Part shown: positions 40,942 through 52,459 of the stretch, piece by piece | How the letters are laid out: every line of letters starts with the position of its first letter | How positions within the stretch are numbered: the first letter of the stretch is position 1 | Position numbers and translations under genes: made by a program | The notes under the pieces: generated by a model | What the model was told of the DNA's origin: nothing | The model's database searches: none | The model's input: the letters and a program-made list of their open reading frames with translations, nothing else | Assembly (NCBI GenBank): GCA_965112735.1 | Contig: OZ218951.1 | Location: 2,046,001 to 2,110,000, forward strand | From: Phaeosaccion multiseriatum | Taxonomy: Eukaryota > Protista > Ochrophyta, other classes | Direction: 5' to 3' | DNA: 64,000 nucleotides

Positions 40942-43900
40942 ATGGTGTCGCCACTCGTCCAGATCTCGCTGCTGGCGGTGCTGGTGCTGGTGCTGCTGTG
41001 CAGTGGCCGCGCGTTTCAGCCGCAGCTTTTGATCCAGAAGGCATCCAGCAGCGGTATCAGCAGCAGGGTATTATTAGAGATGAAGGTAGGCGTGAGAGGG
41101 AGGGAGGGACGGAGAGGGGGAGCTGGAAGATTCTTCGAAGGGGTGCGGCGGCTGAGACTGTGCCGCAGGGGCGAAGGTAGGGCGGACAGCAGCTCTGCGT
41201 GTAGTACTGGAGGGGTGGGGGTGGGCGAAAGGTCAGGGCACCGGTATCCTTCCTTCGCTCGGGGCGGGATAGCTGATCTCGGCGGCATTAGGGGCCGCAA
41301 TGGAGGGCGCAGCCGTAGAAGAGGAGGAGCAACAGCAGCAGCAGCCGCTGGGAGCACCACAGCCCTGTGGGGAGGGACTTTCCCCCCCAACGTGCTCGTG
41401 CAGGGAAAGGAGGTGCTGTGGACTCAAGCCGCGCTGGACACGGTGGTCTCGACGGTGTGGCAATATCTGATGAAGCCTGTCTTAATGCTCTGCTGGTGGT
41501 CCATGAGCAGCACGGCCCGGGCACTCTGCCCGAAGCCCATCGAATTTGAGCTCATCTTTCGCCTCGTATGGGCCACGCTGATGGGCAGCATGATAGGATT
41601 AGAGGTAAGAGGAGGCACGAGGAGAAGAAGAAGAAGAAGTCCGGTGATGAAGAGACACCACCCCACCTCCCGATGAATGAAAAGGCGGTTGTGCTGGGGC
41701 GCCATCTTTCTTCGTCCTCCTTCCTCACCATCCTCCTCCTGACCCTTCCTCTCTCCCCCCCTTGCGTCGCCCCTTCCGAGCGCAGAGGAGCAGCGCCCAC
41801 CGCCCCGCTGGAGTGCGAACCATGTGCCTCGTGGCCCTGGGCGCGTGCACTTTCACCGTGGTGTCTCGCTACGGCTTTGAGAAGGCTGATCAGGCTCGAG
41901 TGGCCGCGAACATTGCAAGCGGGGTTGGCTTCATTGGCGCTGGAGTCATCACCACGTCCAAAGCGCTGGGCGATGAGAGGAAGGGCGGGATTCGAGGCAA
42001 CGGGGAAAGGGACGACCTCAACGCTGATGTCAAGGGCCTCACCACAGCCAGGTAGGGTAGAGGCATATGAGTAGGGTAGGGTAGGTTAGAGTAGGTTAAG
42101 TTATAGGTTGGGGTAGGGTAGAGAGAGAGGGGGGGAGAGAGGGTAATGGTACTCAGTATTGGACCTCCTTCGATCTCCGGCCACGCTCATCACTGACTTC
42201 ACTTCACTGGTGTGTCTCTCCATCTCCCTCTCTCCCGCCCTCCCTCCGTCCGTCCGTCCGTCCCTCCCTCCCTCCCTCCCTCCCCCCCGCCAGCGCCATT
42301 TGGATAACCAGCGCACTGGGCATGGCCTCCGGAACGGGGCTTTACTTCGTTGCCTTAGTGGGGGCTCTGCTTACAATGGCGGTGTTGCGCATGGGGCGTG
42401 TGTTGAATCGCGTGAATGAGGGGTTGTACCAGATGGAGGCCAAACTTAACTTCCTCTCTGGGCCGCAGCATCAGAGAAAGGCCAAGGTGCAGGCTGATAA
42501 GAACTTGGCAAAGAAGATGCGTCAGGCTATCAAGGAAAAGGAGGAGAGGGGTCGAGAGAAGGAGGGTAAGAGTAAGGAAAAGGGCAAGAAGAAGGAGGAG
42601 GTGGACAAGAAGGCGGCCAAGGAGAAGAGAGAAGCAGTGGTGGTAAAGAGGGGAGCAGACCAGCTTGCTGCTGCTGCCGCTACTGCCGCTTCTGCCGCTA
42701 CTGCCGCTTCCGTTCTTGCTGCTGAGATGGCGGGGGGCGGCATTCCCCCGAGTTTAAGTAGCATGAAGATCTCTGCGGACACCGTGGGAGCCACAGCCGA
42801 CGTGCTGGAGAGGGGGGCAACCACCGGGTCTTTGTCAAGCGGCAGCAGTCGTAGTAGTAGTAGTAATAGTAGTAGTAGTAGTAGCAGCAGCAGCAGCAGC
42901 AGCAGCAGAAGTATCAGCGGTAGCAGCAGCACGAGTGGCAAGAGCCATAGTAGCAAGACCAAAGTGGTGGCCGTCGCAAAGCAAGCGGCGCCGGAGGCGG
43001 ACAAGAAGCTTTTGAAAGAGAGAGAGACAGACGAGGCGACGGGGGACCTCATCGCTTTTGCTCGCAGCCTAAGCACCATAACCACTGGACAGAGCAGCAG
43101 CAGCAGCGGTAGCATCAGCAGCGGTAGCGGTAGTAGCACCAACACTAGCAGCAGTGCCCGTGACAAGAAAAGCGAGGGCAAGAACACGGTCATCACTAAC
43201 ACCAGCATGGGCTCCACACCAGCAGGGGGCAGTAGCACTGCCAGCGACGCCAAGATGGGAATGAATGGCATGGGGGAGGGCAACAACATTAACGCCGCAG
43301 CAGAAACCAGTCTCGTCGACGACGTGAGTGGCGCTGTGCTCACTCACGCACGCACCCCCGCACGCACCCTAGGGGCCGCTACCATGGGAGCCTCCGTTGG
43401 AGCCACAATGGGGGCGGTGGTGGGGTCAGCAGTGGGCAGAGTGGTTGGAGATTCGACGGTGGGGTCGTCGGTTGGTGCGACAGTTGGTGCGTCGATGGGG
43501 GCTTCTGTGGCGTCGACCGTGGTGGATACAGCAGCAGCAGCAGCACTCGGTGACGAAGCAGCAGCAGCAGCTCTTGGCGACGATCCAGCAGCAGCAGTCG
43601 GTGATACAGCAGCAGCACCGCCTCTTGTGGGAGAAAAGAGGCATGAACGTATGGAAGGGCAGCGGCCCAAGGGAGAGGAAGAGGTGAGCTCTTCTTCTTC
43701 CGATGGTGCCGCTAGTGTTTCTCCTGGGGTGGTCCAGTACTGGGGGGGCACCTCTTTCACTCCCTCTATTGTTGGCGAACCGTCGAGCCATGGCGAGGCG
43801 AAGAGCGATGAGCAGCACGACAGGCCAAAGCTCCAGACGATGACCCCTCCGGAGGCTTCGGATGCAGTAGTTGCAGCAGCAGGAGTTGGTGATATAGCAG

Positions 43901-43977
43901 CATCAGCATCAGCGCCAGTGCCTGAATCAGGAGCAGGAGGAGGAGGAGAAGGAGAAGGGGAGCAAGACAAGCGTTGA
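40942..43977 (+). CDS. MgtC/SapB-family membrane protein with a signal peptide and long low-complexity C-terminal tail
   Basis: Exons 40942-41604, 41786-42051 and 42294-43977 give RLVWATLMGSMIGLE|R...PAGVRTMCLVALGACTFTVVS...DQARVAANIASGVGFIGAGVI...VKGLTTAS|AIWITSALGMASGTG, the MgtC signature. The N-terminus is LLAVLVLVLLCSGRA-FQP. Confidence 0.9.
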
Positions 43978-44621
43978 TGCCACTAGAATAAGCTAGAGGC
44001 ACTGGCGTGAACACGGACACTGGCGGCCTTTGATCACTCATCAAGCCTCTTCGTCTCTCGCTCGCCCGTGCTATCGCCGGTTGATTGGGAAGCAGCTGCT
44101 CTGCCGCTCCTTCCTCCGGGGACACGCAATGAGAAGGCTAAGGCTCAGTAAGGCTCAAAAGGCTCAATGAGAAGGACCAGGAGGAGCACCAGCGGTCAAG
44201 GGAGCACAGCAGCAGCAGGGCAGTGGGTGGTACAGCAGCAGTACCACTTGGATACGCACGTTCGAGGGTTAGGCTCCGAGCTGTGTCTCTCTCTCTCTCT
44301 CTCTCCCACTCACTCTCTCTTATCTCGCTCGCCGTGCTTTGGCCGCACCGAAGAGCCGAGGAGAGAGTCACTTTCTTGACTTTAGTTGAGGTGGGGAGAG
44401 AGGCCGATGTAGCACGCACCGCCCTTGCTTGAGGGTGTGGATGATCGAAAGAGAGAGTCTTTCTTCTTCACAATGGTACTGCACATCGAGGCGACGAGAG
44501 CACCACTTTGATATACTTCTTCCTCTCCTTTCCCTTCAGCCTCTTTCTCTACATAACAAAACGTATCATATGTACAACAACCCTTCTTGCCTGCGGTGCC
44601 ATCCATTGACTGCCATCCGCC

Positions 44622-47600
44622 TCACGCCTTCTTTGCTCTCTTGGCAAAGCCCCCCTCCGGCCGATGCGGCGGGAGCTGACCCTTCCTCTCGCCCCTGCTA
44701 TCGCCCCTGCTATCGCCCCTGCTATCGCCCCTGCTATCGCCCCTGCTATCGCCCCTTCTCACGCCCGCGTTCTCGCCCCTCATCCCGCTCCGCTCCCCTC
44801 CGTCATAGCCCCCCCCCATTGGTCTCGGTCGCCCATGGCGCCTCCCCTCGCCCTTCTCCTTCTCCTTCTCCTCTTCCTCCTCCCTCCTTCTCCTGCTACT
44901 ACCACCGCTACCACCACTGCTGCCGCTACTCCCACCGCTGCTTCTCATTTGCTGCAGCAGAACCCCCCCAGGCCTCTCTCCAGGCCCGCTCCCCTCCCGC
45001 TTTCGCTTGACACCCTCCGTCCTCGGCCCCGGCCTTGCTTGGCCAGTTAGAGGCCTTGCCTGGCCTGAAAGAGGTCGGCGCCTGTCCTGATTCGTCAGCT
45101 GAGAGGATGGCCGCTGCTGCTGCTGCTGCTGCTGCTGCTGCCGCTGCCGCTGCTCTTGTGGCTGCTGTCGCTGCTGTTGTTGCTGCTCTTGTGGCTGCTG
45201 TCTTTGCTGTTGTTGCTGCTCTTGTGGCTGCTGTCGCTGTCGCTGCTGTTGTTGCTGTTGTGGCCGCGGCGAGACCCCACTGCTGGAGGGCATTCCGAGG
45301 GCGATTCTCTTCCTCTTACGGTCAATGTCCAGCACCTGCAGCTCGAGAACCTTGGGTGTGCGTGTGTGTGTGTGTGTGTGTGCGTGTGTGCGTGCAGGTG
45401 TGTGTGCGTGTGTGTATGCGTTGTGTGTGTGTTTGTGTGTGTGCAGGTGTGTGTGTTGTTGTGTGGGGGTGAGGAGATGCAAACGTTCGTTCGGAATCAT
45501 TCGCACAGCCGGGGGGCGTATGAAGCAAGTAGAGGCGAATGAATGAGTTGGGGAGGGAAAAGTCCACTCACTGTCAATACCTACCACTCACCTGTCCGAG
45601 CGCTATTTGAGTCGCGCCTACCCCCCGGGGGAAGTTGCTCTTATGTAACAGCCCATCTTCGGTGATGCCGATGTCACAGAAGGCACCAAATGGCGTGACG
45701 TTTCGAACCGTTCCAGATACAGAGGCGCCGACCTCCAGGTCATCAAAGGAGAGGATGGACTAGTGGATGGTAGTGGATGGGACAGTGAAGGGGGGGGAAG
45801 AGGGGGGGAGGGGAGGGGATAGGGAGGGGAGAGGGGAGGGTCGAGGAGAGGGAGATGGGAGGGGGGCGAGGGGGGGAGGGGAGGGGAGAGGAAAGGGGAG
45901 AAGGGGGTGGGAGGAGGGGGAGAGGAGAGGAGAGGAGAGAAGGGGGAGGAAGAGAGGAGAGGGGAGAGGGGAGAGGATGGTTGAGTGAGTTGAGTGAGAA
46001 GGGGAGGAGGGAGGGGAGAGGATAGGGGGAGAGAGGAGCGGAGGAGAGAGAAGAGGGGAGAGGGTGGTTAGTTGAGGAGGAGAAGGAGAGAGACGAGAGG
46101 AGAGGAGAAGCCTTCCTCCATCGCTCTACACAGCCCTCTGCAACTTCGTAAAGCTCTCTCTCATATGCCTCTGTGTGAAAGGTCGCCACTCGCGGGCCTG
46201 ACAAGTTGCGTCCTGTGCACACAAACACAGTGTGTACACAAACACACCCATTCCCCCTCCTCCCCTCCCCCTCCCCCCTCCTTCCTCCTTGTGACGCTTG
46301 GTGCTTTGTGCCCTGTCTGCTTACATCACGGAAGGTTGGCGGGGGGAGGTCAGAGCGGGGATCCGGGCAGGGCTCCTGGAAAGAGGCGAGAGGTAGAGGT
46401 TTGAGTTAGAGTTAGAGTTTTAGGAACCAGTTCCGCTCTGGCTGCTGTTTAGATAAGCTTTTCTTTCGAGGTCGATGTCTGAAGGAACGGCATGCTGATC
46501 AACAGACAGGCACACACACACGCACGCACGCACACACACACACCTCCATTCCTCCTCGTTGGGCTCTCTCTGCCGCAAGCTCTTGCATGCAAACACACAA
46601 ACATGCACACACATGCACACACCCCCTCCCCCACCCTCCCACCATACCCCCACCCACCCACATACGCACACACACACACACACACGCACCTTGAGAAAGG
46701 TAATCACGTCACGCACCACGCCCCTCTCCACGCCCTCCTCCAAGGCGATGCTCGCCTCGTCCACTGCAGACAGCCTTTGCAGCACGTCCACAGGGAGGGA
46801 TGGCACTGGAGGGGCAGCAGCGGATACGGGAGTTGCGGCCGTTACGGCGGTCGGTGTGGGGAGTTTGAGGTCCTTGAGCGTCAACCCTGCCGCCTGGAGG
46901 GAGGGGAGGGAGGGAGGGAGGGAGAAAGAGGAAGGGAAGGAAGGAGGCAAGACCGTAGCGACGTGAGGAGAGAGTGAGAGCAAGCAGCGAAGGAGGGCCT
47001 CCCGTCCCCTCCCGCCCCCTCCCCCCCCCCTTCCTCTCCCCCCTGTACCACCTTAACAATCTTGTTGGCCAGGCTGTAGCTCTCGGGGTGCACTCTCGTG
47101 TTGTCCAACGGGTTCTTGGCCCCGGCAACGCGCAGAAATCCTGCAGCCTGGTGATAAGACCCGCGCGCGCGTGTGTGTGTGTGCGTGGGTGGGGTGGGGT
47201 GGGGAGTGTCAGATTGCTTGGGTCAAGGCGAATGAAGGTGCGCACAGCTTTGCAAAAGCAGTGAAAACGTCTCGCTGAGCAGCTCTCTTTCTCGCTGTCT
47301 CGATCTCTCTGCTCTCTGTCTCTGTCTCTGTCTCTTTGGAACAAACTCTTCTGTCTCTCCCTCCCTACCCCCCACCCCCCTTCTCTCCCTCACTCCTTAC
47401 GTGCTCACTGCCTTCCCCGACAGATGCTCCATCTCTGAACCGACAGCCATGAGCACGCATATCTGCTGGTATTAGGCGGCCCAATACACAACTGAAACTT
47501 GAACTTGCTCTGCCTGACCTGCTCGAAAGTCTTGGGCCCGATGCCTGACACGGCTTTGATGTCGCTGCGTGAGGTGAAGCCTCCGCTCGCTACCACAGCC

Positions 47601-50600
47601 TCTCGGATCTGATGGAGAGGATGGACAGGGGGGTGTGAGACATCACGGGGGGGCGAGGGAGAGAGAGGGAGAGGGAGGGGGGGGGGACATAGAGAGAGCG
47701 GCAGGGAGAGACACGGAGAGAGACAGGGAGGGAGAGATACGCAATTGAGAGAGCGGACAGGGCTAAGAACTTATCCAGAACGGACCAAAGCAGCATACTC
47801 ATAACACATAATACTAAGTAGTACACACGTAACATGAAGCCCACACAAACACACACACTCACACACACGCACACACACACCTTCTTGGCTCTCGTCTTGT
47901 TGAGGCCCGAGATGTGCTGCAGCAGGTGAGCGCTGGCGGTGTTGACGTCCACTCCGAGCTGGTTGACCACCCCCTGCACCACGTTCGCCAGCTGTGAGGA
48001 GAGCCTCTTCTGCGCCAAGTCGTGTTGGTACATGCCTGAGAGAGAGGGGGGGGGGGCGTAACAGGGAGAGAAAAGTAAGGAGAGGGGGGGGTAACAAGGA
48101 GAGAGAGGTAGGTAGGTAGGGAGGCAGGGAGTAAGGGACGTGGGGACAAGGGGGGGAGAGAGGGAGAGAAAGAGAGAGAGAGAGTAAGAAAGAGAGAGCA
48201 AGAGAGAGGGCAAGTGTGTACACGGCACCCGTGAAGTCCTACGTAAGCTCATAAAGAAGCAGTACGTCACACTACGTACCTAGTCCCAGCGCCTCCGGCT
48301 CCACCTTGACAAGCTCTGCGCAGGGGTCGATGAGGCGCCTCCCAATGGACACGGCCCCGAGCAGAGCACAGTCCACCCCGGGGAACTCGTCCCTCGCCGC
48401 CGGAGAAGTGGAGTACACGCTGGCGCCGGACTCGCTCACCATGGTGAAGCGGACTTTTGGCCCCGAGCCTGAGCCTGGGCCTGAGGAGGGGGAGGAGGAG
48501 GAGGAGGAGGAGGAGGACTGTAGAATGTCCGCGACGAGTTGCATGGTTTGTCGGCTCGCGGTGCCGTTTCCAATGGCTAGGATGTCGACGTTGTGCTTCG
48601 AAATGAGGCTCTCCAGAGATCGCCGAGCCTGGGCAGCCTGTAAGCCCACGCCACGGGAGAGGAAGAGAGAGAGAGAGAGAGATGGAGAAACAGAGAATGC
48701 GTGTGTGTGCGCGCTTGCACAAGCCTCAGACAAGGTCTCTGATCCCCTCTCTCTGTATCTCCCTCTCCTCTCCTCTCCCCTCCCCGACCCCCCTCCGCCT
48801 CTATCCCTCCCAACCCCACCCCCCACCCCTCCACCCCTCCACCCCTACACACCTACACACCTGTGCATCTGACGAGGCGAATGGATAGACAATGCCCATG
48901 TCGAGCACGTCCCCCCTGCTGCCCAGAGCGGCCCACTTGACGCCGTGCCTAAAGCCAGGGTCCAGTGCCAGTACAATGGCCCCACTCACGGGGGGCTGCA
49001 TCAAGGCCCCCTCGAGGTTGCGGGCAAAGACACGCACGGCTTCCGCATCGGCATTATCGTACACATCCTTCATCACCTTTGGGGGGGGGGGGGGGCAGAC
49101 GAGGAGGCGGAGGAGGGAGGTGGAGAAGGAGGAGGAGGAGGAGGAGGAGGAGGAGGATGAGCAAGAGAAGAGGACGACCCGGAGCAGCCAGCGATGGAGG
49201 GAGGGAGGGGGTGACAGAAGGTGTGCGTGTGGGGGGGGTATCAGATGGGATGAAGACTGGACAGATAGAGAATTAAGAAACAAAAATAGCAACAATGGCC
49301 GCCGCCGCCCTCCTTCACCCCCTCTCCCCCCATCTCTCCACAGCCCCGTACCCACCCGCACCCACTCCCACCCCCCACCCCCCCCTCCTCCCCCTTCTGC
49401 TGCCATCCCACCCACACCTCCTTGGTGACGCTGGGCTTGAGAAGGCGCTTCCACCCATCCAGCACTGCCTCCTGCAGGCAAGCCTCCGCTTCCTTGCATC
49501 TCACCCCCCCCCGCAATCCCTCCCCGCACCCCGTCCGTCTCAGCGCTCGAAAGATGAGCGGCAGGATGATTTGCTTCTCTTTCTCCTTGTCCTTGACGGA
49601 GCTCTTTCCCTTGCTGCTGTTGCCATGGCTGCTGCCACCCTGGCTGCTGCTGCTGCTGCTGCTGGCCTCCCCCGTCGGATCCAGGGTCACCTTTAACACG
49701 CCAAGGGCTTCTCCCCTGCGCACCGCGAGTGCTTGGTGGGGCTGCACCCGCGTGAGAGAGCAGGAGAAGCCAAAGTAGTCACGGAACTTTCCCGCCTCCG
49801 CCGCCTCCACCCCCCCCCCCCGCCGCCGCTGCTGCTCCTCCTCCCTTCTTGCCGGAAGCACTGCTGCTGCTGCTACCCTTGGTCTTACTGTTGGCGCTGC
49901 CATCACCTGTCCTGCTCTTGCTGCTACTGCTACTGCTACTGGTGGGAGCCTCTACGCTCTCCAACACGGCTCGCCTTCGCATGAGTCCTCGGACCTCTTC
50001 TCTGACGGGTGCGCTGTGCGCGACTCTCTCTGCGAGGATGTGCATCGCTCCTGCTCGCTTGTGGGGCTCACAGCCGCCGAGGGCTCGGAAGGAGTCCAGC
50101 CTGTTGAGGGGCAGGGTCGGTGTCGATGGATAGATAGAGATGGAGAGAGGAGATAGGGCAGAGGCCGAGCGGTTGAAGATGGGCAAGGAGAGGACGAGAA
50201 CGGGGGGAAGGAAAGGTTGAGAGGGTAGGAAGGTACACGGGGTCGAGAGGAGGAGGACGAAGATGGACTTCGGGGCAGGGAAAGCTCTGAAACTCTGCTC
50301 CTTCCTACTTTGTGCTGCTGCTGCTGCTTCTGGTCTCACGGTTCTCTCCTCCTCCCCCCCTTCCTCCTCTTGTCTTTCTTGTCTTCCGCCTCCTCCTCCG
50401 CCACGAATGGAGCCCTCTGCACCTTCGCCCGTCTCTACAATGCGCCCGGCACACTGCCTTGCTGACTTACTGACTCACCTGTCCGCTCCTCGGCCTGTCC
50501 AAATGGCGTTGGCCAGAGGCTCGAGCCCCGCTGCGATGGCCTCCGAGGCCTTTGTGGAGCGGCTGCTCTTGTACGGCAGGTACAGGTCTTCCACCTACGG

Positions 50601-51972
50601 AGTGTGTTAGCCAATTGTTGTGCGTCAAGCGATGGGATGGCAGTGGATGGGGGAGGAGGTTATAGAAGCTATGTTAGTGAAGAGTCCGGGGCTTGGAGGT
50701 ATGCAGAAGGAAGGCTTTGGGTTAGGAAGAGCATCTAAGGAGTGCACTTGAATTGCCCCGAAAGCTGCTTTGTGTGTTTTCCTCAGCACTTGTGGGCGTT
50801 CCCCTCCCCCCCGGCCTCTTAATTCCCTCCCGCATGGATTGGATCGCCTGCCTGCCTTGAGAAGTGGACCGCTTGCATGTTGCTGTGCATAAAAGAGAAA
50901 TGGACGGACCTTTGCTAGTGTGGTTGCCTGCTCTATTTGCCTACGAAGGCCCCCTCCCTCCTTGTCAAGGTCCTGGGGGGCCTTTTCTTGAATGGTTGAT
51001 AGCACCACGTCCTTGCGAGCTTGGAGTACCTTCGGAGGGGGGTGTGAGGGGAGTGGGTGACAGGTGGAGGGGTGAGAGGGATGAGAATGCATGCGAAGGA
51101 AAGGGGGGAAGGTAGTAAGTATCAGCCGTGGTGGTGTGTGAAGTTGGAGGTCAGGAAGGGGAGAGTTTGAATACACCTGCTTGAATACACCTGTAGCCCG
51201 ATCGGTAGCAACACACGTAGACCCACCTGCCATTTTTGAAGACTTTCCTGAATGGCAAACACATCGGGCACTTCCAAGCCTCCGATGTTGCTCCTCCTGA
51301 TGGGGTGCGCAGTTGTGGGCGGGGAGAGGAGAGGAGGAGAGAGAGAGGACGCGAAAGCGAGGTGGAGAACATCAAAGGGCTGGGAGGCTGTTTGCTGAGC
51401 AGAGTACACAACCCGCAATACGGCCAATCCTCCCTTTGGGATGGACGGGGTTAGATTAAGAAAGGAGGGGTCTGCCGAGACATGATGCCATATGACACTC
51501 TCCCTCCTCCTCCCTTCCCTCCCACCTTCTCTCGCCTCTCACTCACTCACCGGTAGCGGCAGATGAAGGGAACCGTACACGCGTCATCAAGTAGTTTAGC
51601 AACGGCCGTCACGTCGTTTGCGTCCAGCCTCAGCTCTGCGGCCACCTGAGGGGCGAAGCTGCTGCTCATTTTGCTGCTGCTCCTGCCGCCCCTATTTTCC
51701 CCGCCAGCTGCGGGCGTCAAGCGAACACCGCCGTCCGCTCCTTCTCCTGCCCTCTCCCACCCTATCACTCGGCGCCGCTGCTGCTCTGGCCGTGCAGCAG
51801 CGGCTGCTCCAGTCCTGCGGCTGGAAGTGCTCCTCTCTCCCCTCGCTCTCGATAGAATACAGCGAGCCTGGGGCACGAAGGCAGTGCCGCCCGCGCCAAG
51901 TGCCACAGCGCCAAGGCTTAGGAGCGAAGTTGCGAAGAAGCGGCGCTGCGTACTCCTCCTGAGGCCGACCAT
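44622..51972 (-). CDS. Tex/SRBD1-family protein (Tex_N, YqgF-like, HhH and S1 domains), probably organelle-targeted
   Basis: Motifs in order across more than ten exons: [109 protein letters not shown]...[34 protein letters not shown], and S1 [16 protein letters not shown]. The N-terminus has GGTA-FVP. Confidence 0.93.
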
Positions 51973-52459
51973 CCAAGAAAAAAATGAGAAGTTGGCAGTG
52001 GCGGGAGTGCGTGTGTTGGTTGTCTTGCTCACAGATTTTCCAGGGTTCCGCACACGCGCCGGCCGTAATGACGCCAGCCCGAGGAAATGGCGCCCAGCCC
52101 CAGCCTGGTTACTAATTTACACCCAGACCAGCCAACCTCATTGGGCTGATTACTGATTACGGCCGGCGCACACCGTAATCTTGTCCAGGGTCGACAAACA
52201 GCTAGTCAGACCAAGCCGCATAACCGAGGTGACCAGGCCTAGACTTCTCAAGCATAAATTAGCTTAACCGTGCCCTCTGCCCTACGCTGACAATGCACGG
52301 AGCTCTCCCACGCAGTCCTCACCAAACAGCTTGACCAAAGCTTGCACGCCTTGAAGAAGGGCATCGCTCAGTTGCGGCAGTCGGCTACTCTACCACTAGA
52401 TATATAATACTGGAGTACGCCAAAAGAAGAGCGTTTCCAGCAGAACGCCGCGCTGGAAC

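Noticed and set aside
46420-46495. Apparent terminal exon [24 protein letters not shown] in the Tex gene
   Set aside because: Conserved Tex sequence ([13 protein letters not shown] and the S1 domain) continues in downstream exons, so this segment is probably intronic.
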